A DNA stretch of 7,350 nt from a virus (taxonomy: Duplodnaviria; Heunggongvirae; Uroviricota; Caudoviricetes). The stretch lies in IMG/VR virus record IMGVR_UViG_2534681766_000002. One strand, 5' to 3'. The position numbers and the translations under genes were made by a program. Positions within the stretch are counted from its first letter, which is position 1. Every line of letters starts with the position of its first letter. Below are positions 1 through 7,243 of the stretch, piece after piece. The notes beneath the pieces are model-generated. The model worked only from the letters and a program-made list of their open reading frames with translations. It did no database searches and had not been told where the DNA came from.

Positions 1-297
1 AAAGCTTTTATTGTATGTAAAAAAGCAGCTTAATATAGCCACTTAGTGGTAAAGATCTACCTTAAGACTTTGATATGTTCAAGAGGCATATAACGTAAGT
101 GTTCGTTGAGCCAAATGTGTTTACGCTATGACGAGTTGGTCGTTTTTTGACAATCCTGTAGGAGCTATAGATAGGCGTATATTAAGTGCGTGTTTTTGCA
201 TGTGTCAGATACTATTCTTTTTGTCAGTTTCGGTCAGTGCTGATGTGATTTCAGTTTCATCATGCAACTGCATTAAAACCGCCCCATGAAGCGGGCG

Positions 298-316
298 GGC
301 GAGGCGGGGAAAGCAC
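298..316. other. cos: cos site: 19-nt cohesive-end sequence GGCGAGGCGGGGAAAGCAC of P2/P4-type phages (terminase cleavage site)
   Basis: Exact string ggcgaggcggggaaagcac at 298..316, which I recall as the P2 5' cohesive end. It lies ~170 bp from the stop of portal gene Q, the expected left-end position. Flanked by a G/T-rich stretch (317..458) typical of a packaging region. Confidence 0.75.
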
Positions 317-458
317 TGCGCGCTGGCGGTGGTGCTGATTTTATTTTTTCAGCGTCTGAGCGCGTCGTGATGGCGTTTAGATTGTGCGCCGGGGCGTTGG
401 TGTGTATGCGGGCTGTTTTGTGCGGTGGTGAGCGTGTGAGGGCGTGATGACGGGGTGT

Positions 459-480
459 AAAAAAGCCGCCCGCAGGCGGC
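459..480 (-). terminator. Rho-independent terminator downstream of Q (end of the P-Q late transcript)
   Basis: On the minus strand: stem GCCGCC (revcomp of 475..480), 4-nt loop, stem GGCGGC (revcomp of 465..470), followed by a T6 run (revcomp of a459..a464). Begins 6 nt after the Q stop codon (486..488). Confidence 0.6.
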
Positions 481-485
481 GATGT

Positions 486-1520
486 TCAGCCGTTGTCAGT
501 GTCCAGTGAGTAGTTTTTAAAGCGGATGACCTCCTGACCGAGCCAGCCGTTTATCTCGCGGATCCTGTCCTGTAACGGGATAAGCTCATTGCGGACAAAG
601 ACCTTTGCCACTTTCTCAATATCACCCAGCGACCCGACGTTCTCCGGCTTGCCGCCCATCAACTGAAAGGGGATGCGGTGCGCGTCCAGCAGGTCTGCGG
701 CGCTGGCTTTTTTGATATTAAAAAAATCGTCCTTCGTTGCCACTTCACTGAGCGGGATAATTTTAATACCGTCGGCTTTTCCCTGTGGGGCGTAGAGAAA
801 CAGGTTTTTAAAGTTGTTGCGGCCTTTCGACTTCACCATGTTTTCGCGAAGCATTTCGATATCGTTGCGATCCTGCACGGCATCGGTGACGTACATGATG
901 TATCCGGCATGTGCGCCGTTTTCGTAATACTTGCGGCGGAACAGCGTGGCCGATTCATTCAGCCAGGCAGAGTTAAGGGCGCTGAGATATTCCGGCAGGC
1001 CGTACAGCTCCTGATTGATATCCGGCTCCAGCAGGTGAAACACGGAGCCGGGCGCGAAAGGTGTCGGCTCGTTGAAGGATGGCACCCACCAGTAAACATC
1101 CTCCTCCACGCCACGGCGGGTATATTTTGCCGGTGAGGTTTCCAGTCTGATGACCTTACCGGTAGTGCTGTAGCGCTTTTCCAGAAACGCATTACCGAAC
1201 ACCAGAAAATCCAGCACAAAGCGGCTGAAATCCTGCTGGGAAAGCCACGGGTGCGGGATAAACGTTGAAGCCAGAATATTACGTTTGACGTAAATCGGTG
1301 AGCTGTGATGCACGGCAGCACGCAGACTTTTTGCCAGACCGGTAAAGCTGACCGGTGGCTCATACCATCTGCCGTTACTGATGCACTCGACGTAATCCAG
1401 AATATCACGGCGGTCGAGTACCGGCACCGGCTCACCAAAGGTGAATGCCTCCATTTTCGGGGCGCTGGCAGTCATTGTTTTCACCGCTGGCTGCGGTGTT
1501 TTCCCTTTTTTCTTACTCAT
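486..1520 (-). CDS. Q: Portal (capsid portal vertex) protein, P2 gpQ-type, 344 aa
   Basis: Full-length ORF from the six-frame track (MSKKKGKTPQ...). Length and sequence match my recollection of P2 gpQ. Position directly inside cos and upstream partner of the terminase gene. Start ATG (1518..1520) overlaps the P stop codon by 1 nt. Confidence 0.93.
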   Translation of the reverse strand: MSKKKGKTPQPAVKTMTASAPKMEAFTFGEPVPVLDRRDILDYVECISNGRWYEPPVSFTGLAKSLRAAVHHSSPIYVKRNILASTFIPHPWLSQQDFSRFVLDFLVFGNAFLEKRYSTTGKVIRLETSPAKYTRRGVEEDVYWWVPSFNEPTPFAPGSVFHLLEPDINQELYGLPEYLSALNSAWLNESATLFRRKYYENGAHAGYIMYVTDAVQDRNDIEMLRENMVKSKGRNNFKNLFLYAPQGKADGIKIIPLSEVATKDDFFNIKKASAADLLDAHRIPFQLMGGKPENVGSLGDIEKVAKVFVRNELIPLQDRIREINGWLGQEVIRFKNYSLDTDNG

Positions 1521-3292
1521 CAGTAAAACTCCAGAATGGTGGATGTCAGCGGAGTGCTGATACCGGCGGTGAGTGGCTCATTTAACAGGGCGTGCATGGT
1601 CGCCCAGGCGAGGTCGGCGTGGCTGGCTTCCTCGCTGCGGCTGGCCTCATAGGTGGCGCTGCGTCCGCTGCTGGTCATGGTCTTGCGGATAGCCATGAAC
1701 GAGCTGGTGATGTCGGTGGCGCTGACGTCATATTCCAGACAGCCACGGCGGATAACGTCTTTTGCCTTGAGCACCATTGCAGTTTTCATTTCCGGCGTGT
1801 AGCGGATATCGCGCGCGGCGGGATAGAACGAGCGCACGAGCTGGAACACGCCGACACCGAGGCCGGTGGCATCAATACCGATGTATTCGACGTTATATTT
1901 TTCGGTGAGTTTGCGGATGGATTCAGCCTGGGTGGCAAAGTCCATGCCTTTCCACTGGTGACGCTCAAGTATTCTGAATTTGCCACCGGCCACCACCGGC
2001 GGTGCCAGCACCACGCATCCGGCGCTGTCGCCACGGTGTGACGGGTCGTAACCAATCCATACCGGACGTGAGCCGAACGGATTGGCGGCAAACGGAGCAT
2101 AGTCTTCCCATTCTTCCAGCGTGTCGACCATGCAGCGTTGCAGCTCCTCGAACGGGAACACCGACGCCTTGTCGTCAACAAATTCACACATGAACAGGTT
2201 TTTAAAATCGTCGGCGCTGTTTTCACGTTTGAGCTGCTCAATGTCGAACAGCGTGCAGCCGCCTTTCAGGGCGTCCTCAATGGTGACAATCTGCCGCCAC
2301 TGGCCGTCCGCACAGAGAAGCCCACCGGCAAGGGCGTTATGACTGACGTCGATTTCCACGCGTTCGGCGGCGCTGGCGCGTCCCCGGTTAAACAGTTCAC
2401 CCGACCAGAACGGGTAGGCGTCGTGCGCCAGTGTGGACGGGGTGGAGAAATAGGTCGAGCGCAGGTGACTCTGTGAGGCCATACCTGATGCCACCTTACG
2501 CAGTACCTGAAAATTCGGGATCCAGAAAATCTCGTCGACGTACAGGTCGCCGTTATGGCTCTGCGCGGGGTTGGAGTTGGTGCCGAGAAAAATCAGTTTT
2601 GCGCCGTTATTGCCCAGGACAATTGGGTCACCGGTCAGGTCAACGTCAACCAGCCGGGCAAAGGCGATGATGTATTCGCGGAACACATACGCCTGCGTTT
2701 TACTGGCCGACAGAAAAATCTGGTTATGACCGGTTTTCAGGGCGCGCAGCAGCGCCTCGCGGGAAAAATAAAACGTCGCGCCAATCTGGCGGGATTTCAG
2801 GATATCGCGGATGCGGTGCTCAAGCCCTGCGCGATACCAGTGCAACTGATATTCGAAAGACTGCTCAAAGAAAATCTGCTCCAGCTTTTCGATGGCCTCG
2901 TCACTGAAAAAATTCTTTTTCGGTTTGCGACGCCCGCCTTTGTTGCGGTTAGCGACGTTCGGATTAAGGTCTGCCTCGTTGCCGGTCTGACTGTAACGGT
3001 TGACCCGTGCCAGTCGTTCAATCTGGCGTCCGAGCAGGTCAATTTCCTTGAAGTCACCGCCGGTTTTCTGCGGTTTGATGATGAGCTGGGTCAGCCGCGC
3101 TTCCAGACTCATTTCGACACGGCTGATGGGGGCAACGCTGTCCCAGCCGTCGCGCTGTTTCCAGCTCTGCACCGTCGGGCGTTTCATCTGCAACATGGCG
3201 GCAATCCGCGGCACGGAAAATCCCTGCCAGTACAGCAGCGCCGCCTGACGACGCGGGTCGTGTAAAAGAGTGGTGTCTGTGGTGATGGTCAT
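1520..3292 (-). CDS. P: Terminase large (ATPase) subunit, P2 gpP-type, 590 aa
   Basis: The track ORF is 1520..3322 (600 aa). I place the start at the internal ATG 3290..3292 (MTITTDTTLL...) because it has a GAGG Shine-Dalgarno about 6 nt upstream on the minus strand, and it gives 590 aa, the length I recall for P2 gpP. The upstream ATG at 3322 has no comparable RBS. Confidence 0.88.
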   Translation of the reverse strand: MTITTDTTLLHDPRRQAALLYWQGFSVPRIAAMLQMKRPTVQSWKQRDGWDSVAPISRVEMSLEARLTQLIIKPQKTGGDFKEIDLLGRQIERLARVNRYSQTGNEADLNPNVANRNKGGRRKPKKNFFSDEAIEKLEQIFFEQSFEYQLHWYRAGLEHRIRDILKSRQIGATFYFSREALLRALKTGHNQIFLSASKTQAYVFREYIIAFARLVDVDLTGDPIVLGNNGAKLIFLGTNSNPAQSHNGDLYVDEIFWIPNFQVLRKVASGMASQSHLRSTYFSTPSTLAHDAYPFWSGELFNRGRASAAERVEIDVSHNALAGGLLCADGQWRQIVTIEDALKGGCTLFDIEQLKRENSADDFKNLFMCEFVDDKASVFPFEELQRCMVDTLEEWEDYAPFAANPFGSRPVWIGYDPSHRGDSAGCVVLAPPVVAGGKFRILERHQWKGMDFATQAESIRKLTEKYNVEYIGIDATGLGVGVFQLVRSFYPAARDIRYTPEMKTAMVLKAKDVIRRGCLEYDVSATDITSSFMAIRKTMTSSGRSATYEASRSEEASHADLAWATMHALLNEPLTAGISTPLTSTILEFY

Positions 3293-3465
3293 GAATACCT
3301 CGCCGTGATGAATACACGGCAAGGCTACTGAGTCGCGCCCCGCGATTCGCTAAGGTGCTGTTGTGTCAGTGATAAGCCATCCGGGACTGATGGCGGAGGA
3401 TGCGCATCGTCGGGAAACTGATGCCGACATGTGACTCCTCTAATCACTATTCAGGACTCCTGACA
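3293..3465. promoter_or_regulatory. Divergent late-promoter region between P (leftward) and O (rightward); expected site of Ogr/Delta-activated promoters
   Basis: 173-bp noncoding gap between divergently transcribed operons. P2-type late promoters are activator-dependent with a TGT-N12-ACA-like dyad near -55. The only near match I found is TGT(3430..3432)-N12-CAC(3445..3447). Exact promoter elements are not resolved from sequence alone. Confidence 0.45.
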
Positions 3466-3543
3466 ATGGCAAAAAAAGTCTCAAAATTCTTTCGTATCGG
3501 CGTTGAGGGTGACACCTGTGACGGGCGTGTCATCAGTGCGTAG
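3466..3543 (+). other. O: N-terminal 25 codons of scaffold/protease gene O, ended by an in-frame amber TAG at codon 26 (3541..3543)
   Basis: ATG at 3466 with AGGA 9 nt upstream. Reads MAKKVSKFFRIGVEGDTCDGRVISA then TAG, in the same frame as the downstream 254-aa ORF. 3466..4320 without the stop would be 284 codons, the length I recall for P2 gpO. Asp at codon 19, His at 48 and Ser at 107 in this numbering match the gpO protease catalytic triad as I recall it. Confidence 0.65.
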
Positions 3544-3555
3544 GATATTCAGGAA

Positions 3556-4320
3556 ATGGCCGAAACCTTTGACCCGCGAGTCTATGGTTGCCGCATTAAC
3601 CTGGAACATCTGCGCGGCATCCTGCCTGACGGTATTTTTAAGCGTTATGGCGATGTGGCCGAACTGAAGGCCGAAAAGATTGACGATGATTCGGCGCTGA
3701 AAGGCAAATGGGCGCTGTTTGCGAAAATCACCCCGACCGATGACCTTATCGCGATGAACAAGGCCGCGCAGAAGGTCTATACCTCAATGGAAATTCAGCC
3801 GAACTTTGCCAATACCGGCAAATGTTATCTGGTGGGTCTGGCCGTCACCGATGACCCGGCAAGCCTCGGCACGGAATACCTGGAATTCTGCCGCACGGCA
3901 AAACACAACCCCCTGAACCGCTTCAAATTAAACCCTGAAAACCTGATTTCAGTGGCAACGCCCGTTGAGCTGGAATTTGAAGACCTGCCTGAAACCGTGT
4001 TCACCGCCCTGACCGAAAAGGTGAAGTCCATTTTTGGCCGCAAACAGGCCAGCGATGACGCCCGTCTGAATGACGTGCATGAAGCGGTGACCGCTGTTGC
4101 TGAACATGTGCAGGAAAAACTGAGCGCCACTGAGCAGCGCCTCGCTGAGATGGAAACCGCTTTTTCCGCACTTAAGCAGGAGGTGACTGACAGGGCGGAT
4201 GAAACCAGCCAGGCATTCACCCGCCTGAAAAACAGTCTCGACCACACCGAAAGTCTGACCCAGCAGCGCCGCAGCAAGGCCACCGGTGGTGGCGGTGACG
4301 CCCTGATGACGAACTGCTGA
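3556..4320 (+). CDS. O: Capsid scaffolding protein/prohead protease gpO, as an N-terminally truncated ORF (254 aa) downstream of the amber codon
   Basis: Track ORF 3556..4320 (MAETFDPRVYGCRINLEHLRG...). Contains His and Ser of the presumed triad but not Asp19. Coiled-coil-like C-terminal half (EQRLAEMETAFSALKQEV...) typical of scaffold proteins. The internal ATG has only a close-spaced AGGAA (3 nt spacing), so independent initiation is doubtful. Confidence 0.8.
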   Translation: MAETFDPRVYGCRINLEHLRGILPDGIFKRYGDVAELKAEKIDDDSALKGKWALFAKITPTDDLIAMNKAAQKVYTSMEIQPNFANTGKCYLVGLAVTDDPASLGTEYLEFCRTAKHNPLNRFKLNPENLISVATPVELEFEDLPETVFTALTEKVKSIFGRKQASDDARLNDVHEAVTAVAEHVQEKLSATEQRLAEMETAFSALKQEVTDRADETSQAFTRLKNSLDHTESLTQQRRSKATGGGGDALMTNC

Positions 4321-4378
4321 CCGGCGTCAGTCAGTCCGGGAAAACCTTCACGATTAACCCTTAATTTCAGGAAAAACT

Positions 4379-5452
4379 ATGCGCCAGGAAACCCGCTTTA
4401 AATTTAATGCCTACCTGTCCCGTGTTGCCGAACTGAACGGCATCGACGCCGGTGATGTGTCGAAAAAATTCACCGTTGAACCGTCGGTCACCCAGACCCT
4501 GATGAACACCATGCAGGAGTCCTCTGACTTTCTGACCCGCATCAACATTGTGCCGGTCAGCGAAATGAAAGGGGAAAAAATTGGCATCGGTGTCACCGGC
4601 TCCATCGCCAGCACCACCGACACCGCCGGTGGCACCGAGCGTCAGCCGAAGGACTTCTCGAAGCTGGCGTCAAACAAGTACGAATGCGACCAGATTAACT
4701 TCGATTTTTATATCCGCTACAAAACGCTGGACCTGTGGGCGCGTTATCAGGATTTCCAGCTCCGTGTCCGTAACGCCATTATCAAACGCCAGTCCCTTGA
4801 TTTCATCATGGCCGGTTTTAACGGCGTGAGGCGTGCCGAAACCTCTGACCGCAGCAGCAATCCGATGCTGCAGGATGTGGCGGTCGGCTGGCTGCAGAAA
4901 TACCGCAATGAAGCCCCGGCGCGCGTGATGAGCAAGGTCACTGACGAGGAAGGGCACACCACCTCTGAGGTTATCCGCGTGGGTAAGGGCGGTGATTATG
5001 CCAGCCTTGACGCACTGGTGATGGATGCGACCAACAACCTGATTGAGCCGTGGTATCAGGAAGACCCTGACCTTGTGGTGATTGTGGGACGTCAGCTACT
5101 GGCGGACAAGTATTTTCCCATCGTCAACAAGGAGCAGGACAACAGCGAAATGCTGGCCGCTGACGTCATCATCAGCCAGAAACGCATCGGTAACCTGCCG
5201 GCGGTACGCGTCCCGTACTTCCCGGCGGATGCGATGCTCATCACAAAGCTGGAAAACCTGTCCATCTACTACATGGATGACAGCCATCGCCGCGTGATTG
5301 AGGAAAACCCGAAACTCGACCGCGTGGAGAACTACGAATCAATGAACATTGATTACGTGGTGGAAGACTACGCCGCCGGTTGTCTGGTGGAAAAAATTAA
5401 GGTCGGTGATTTCTCCACACTGGCTAAAGCGACCGCAGAGCCGGGAGCGTAA
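4379..5452 (+). CDS. N: Major capsid protein, P2 gpN-type, 357 aa
   Basis: Full-length ORF (MRQETRFKFNAYLSRVAELNG...). Length and sequence match my recollection of P2 gpN. AGGA 9 nt upstream of the ATG. Sits between scaffold and small terminase genes as in P2. Confidence 0.93.
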   Translation: MRQETRFKFNAYLSRVAELNGIDAGDVSKKFTVEPSVTQTLMNTMQESSDFLTRINIVPVSEMKGEKIGIGVTGSIASTTDTAGGTERQPKDFSKLASNKYECDQINFDFYIRYKTLDLWARYQDFQLRVRNAIIKRQSLDFIMAGFNGVRRAETSDRSSNPMLQDVAVGWLQKYRNEAPARVMSKVTDEEGHTTSEVIRVGKGGDYASLDALVMDATNNLIEPWYQEDPDLVVIVGRQLLADKYFPIVNKEQDNSEMLAADVIISQKRIGNLPAVRVPYFPADAMLITKLENLSIYYMDDSHRRVIEENPKLDRVENYESMNIDYVVEDYAAGCLVEKIKVGDFSTLAKATAEPGA

Positions 5453-5455
5453 CCG

Positions 5456-6199
5456 ATGACGAGTCCCGCACAGCGCCACATGATGCGGGTCTCGGCAGCG
5501 ATGACCGCGCAGCGGGAAGCCGCCCCGCTGCGACATGCAACTGTCTATGAGCAGATGCTGGTTAAGCTCGCCGCAGACCAGCGCACACTGAAAGCGATTT
5601 ATTCAAAAGAGCTGAAGGCCGCAAAAAAACGCGAACTGCTGCCGTTCTGGTTGCCGTGGGTGAACGGCGTGCTGGAGCAGGGCAAAGGTGCACAGGATGA
5701 CATTCTGATGACGGTCATGCTGTGGCGTCTGGATACCGGCGATATTGCCGGTGCGCTGGAGATTGCCCGTTATGCCCTGAAGTACGGTCTGACCATGCCG
5801 GGTAAACACCGCCGCACCCCGCCGTACATGTTCACCGAGGAGGTGGCGCTCGCGGCCATGCGCGCCCACGCTGCCGGTGAGTCTGTGGATACCCGCCTGC
5901 TGACGGAGACCCTTGCACTGACCGCCACGGCAGACATGCCTGATGAAGTGCGCGCAAAGCTGCACAAAATCACCGGTCTGTTTCTGCGTGACGCTGGTGA
6001 TGCCGCCGGTGCGCTGGCTCACCTGCAACGTGCGACACAGCTCGACTGTCAGGCAGGCGTCAAAAAAGAGATTGAACGACTGGAGCGGGAGCTGAAACCG
6101 AAGCCGGAGCCGCAGCCCAAAGCGGCCACCCGCGCCCCGCGTAAGACCCGGAGCGTGACACCGGCAAAACGTGGACGCCCGAAAAAGAAAGCCAGTTAA
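5456..6199 (+). CDS. M: Terminase small (endonuclease/DNA-recognition) subunit, P2 gpM-type, 247 aa
   Basis: Full-length ORF starting 4 nt after the N stop, with GGGAG RBS at 5441..5445. Basic Lys/Arg/Pro-rich C-terminal tail. Length matches recalled P2 gpM. Confidence 0.88.
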   Translation: MTSPAQRHMMRVSAAMTAQREAAPLRHATVYEQMLVKLAADQRTLKAIYSKELKAAKKRELLPFWLPWVNGVLEQGKGAQDDILMTVMLWRLDTGDIAGALEIARYALKYGLTMPGKHRRTPPYMFTEEVALAAMRAHAAGESVDTRLLTETLALTATADMPDEVRAKLHKITGLFLRDAGDAAGALAHLQRATQLDCQAGVKKEIERLERELKPKPEPQPKAATRAPRKTRSVTPAKRGRPKKKAS

Positions 6200-6298
6200 C
6201 AACCGAATGCGCCCCGCGCCAGGGCGGCACGCCGGTCAGTGAGGGTGAATCACCTGACACTGCACCGGCGTCCACCGCCCGACTTTTCAGAGGTAGTC

Positions 6299-6808
6299 AT
6301 GATGACGCTGATTATTCCGCGAAAGGAGGCTCCCGTGTCCGGTGAGGGTACGGTGGTCATCCCGCAACCGGCAGGCGACGAGCCGGTGATTAAAAACACG
6401 TTCTTTTTTCCCGATATCGACCCGAAGCGCGTCCGGGAACGTATGCGCCTTGAGCAGACTGTCGCCCCCGCCCGTCTGCGTGAGGCCATCAAGTCAGGCA
6501 TGGCGGAGACGAATGCGGAGCTGTACGAGTACCGCGAACAGAAAATTGCTGCCGGTTTTTCGCGTCTGGCTGACGTCCCGGCGGACGACATCGACGGTGA
6601 AAGCATCAAAGTTTTTTACTACGAGCGCGCCGTGTGTGCGATGGCGACCGCGTCGCTTTATGAGCGTTATCGCGGCGTGGATGCCAGTGCGAAAGGCGAC
6701 AAGAAGGCCGACAGCATTGACAGCACCATTGATGAACTGTGGCGGGATATGCGCTGGGCAGTGGCGCGCATCCAGGACAAGCCGCGCTGCATCGTGAGTC
6801 AAATCTGA
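6299..6808 (+). CDS. L: Head completion/stabilisation protein, P2 gpL-type, 169 aa
   Basis: Track ORF begins at 6239, but I place the start at ATG 6299 (MMTLIIPRKEAP...), which has AGAGG 5 nt upstream and gives 169 aa as recalled for gpL. Stop TGA 6806..6808 overlaps the X start. Confidence 0.88.
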   Translation: MMTLIIPRKEAPVSGEGTVVIPQPAGDEPVIKNTFFFPDIDPKRVRERMRLEQTVAPARLREAIKSGMAETNAELYEYREQKIAAGFSRLADVPADDIDGESIKVFYYERAVCAMATASLYERYRGVDASAKGDKKADSIDSTIDELWRDMRWAVARIQDKPRCIVSQI

Positions 6809-7011
6809 TGAAGACCTTTGCGCTACAGGGCGACACGCTCGACGCCATTTGTGTCCGGTATTACGGGCGCACTGAGGGCGTGGTTGAGACCGTGCTCGCC
6901 GCAAATCCGGGACTGGCTGAACTGGGTGCGGTGCTGCCACACGGCACCGCCGTCGAACTGCCCGACGTTCAGACCGCGCCCGTGGCTGAAACTGTCAATC
7001 TGTGGGAGTAA
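6808..7011 (+). CDS. X: Tail protein X (LysM-like domain), P2 gpX-type, 67 aa
   Basis: ATG 6808..6810 overlaps the L stop (TGATG). Product MKTFALQGDTLDAICVRYYGRTEGVV... has a LysM-like motif. The track shows it as the second half of a 90-aa ORF from 6739; the upstream part overlaps L and is rejected. Confidence 0.82.
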   Translation: MKTFALQGDTLDAICVRYYGRTEGVVETVLAANPGLAELGAVLPHGTAVELPDVQTAPVAETVNLWE

Positions 7012-7014
7012 CGC

Positions 7015-7239
7015 ATGACAGCAGAAGAAAAAAGCGTCCTGTCGCTTTTCATGATTGGGGTGCTGATTGTTGTCGGCAAGGTGCTTGCCGGTGGTGAACC
7101 CATCACCCCGCGTCTGTTTATCGGGCGCATGTTGCTCGGTGGTTTTGTCTCGATGGTTGACCGGCCAGCACAACGACACCGGCCAGCCACTTTCGTTAAC
7201 CATCCCTGTGAGTTGAAACCATGCCGATTATCGACCTGA
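7015..7239 (+). CDS. Y: Holin Y-like ORF (74 aa as read); hydrophobic N-terminal 48 aa, atypical Arg/Pro/Cys-rich C-terminus, possibly disrupted
   Basis: ATG 7015 with GGGAG at 7004..7008. Residues 8-26 and 34-48 are hydrophobic and transmembrane-like. After codon 48 (from 7159) the frame encodes DRPAQRHRPATFVNHPCELKPCRLST. I recall P2 Y as 93 aa, which does not fit the stop at 7237..7239. Confidence 0.55.
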   Translation: MTAEEKSVLSLFMIGVLIVVGKVLAGGEPITPRLFIGRMLLGGFVSMVDRPAQRHRPATFVNHPCELKPCRLST

Positions 7240-7243
7240 ACCA

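Noticed and set aside
147-182. TTGACA hexamer at 147..152 as a possible -35 element of a plus-strand promoter
   Set aside because: No acceptable -10 hexamer at 16-18 bp spacing (the TATATT at 177..182 is ~24 bp away), and a plus-strand promoter here would read into cos and antisense to Q.
678-1438. ORFs 678..1136 (+, 152 aa) and 959..1438 (-, 159 aa) overlapping the portal gene
   Set aside because: Entirely nested within or antisense to the well-supported Q gene, with low-complexity Arg/Cys-rich translations; typical spurious frames in GC-rich coding DNA.
1592-3317. Several ORFs inside the terminase gene on both strands (e.g. 1592..2041 +, 1786..2241 -, 2138..2476 +, 2555..3265 + 236 aa, 3054..3317 -)
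   Set aside because: All overlap the 590-aa terminase frame, have no RBS-supported starts and give Arg/Gly/Ala-rich products without recognisable domains; judged frame-shadow ORFs.
3292-3322. Upstream start (3322) for the terminase gene giving a 600-aa product beginning MPCIHHGEVF
   Set aside because: The internal ATG at 3292 has a GAGG Shine-Dalgarno at proper spacing and gives the recalled 590-aa length; the extra 10 codons are probably not translated.
6239-6298. Upstream start (6239) for gene L giving a 189-aa product
   Set aside because: ATG 6299 has AGAGG 5 nt upstream and gives the recalled 169-aa gpL; the 6239 extension has no RBS and an unconvincing peptide (MRVNHLTLHRRPPPDFSEVV).
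3825-6940. Antisense ORFs inside O, N, M and L (e.g. 3825..4283 -, 4670..4957 -, 5603..6202 - 199 aa, 6250..6609 -, 6494..6940 -)
   Set aside because: Each lies antisense to, or out of frame within, a full-length conserved structural gene, and the translations are low-complexity; no independent support.
6823-7203. Minus-strand ORFs 6823..7203 (126 aa) and 6969..7190 (73 aa) opposite X/Y
   Set aside because: Antisense to the X and Y coding frames with no RBS; probably spurious, though the Y region is unusual enough that I would not fully exclude them without a homology search.
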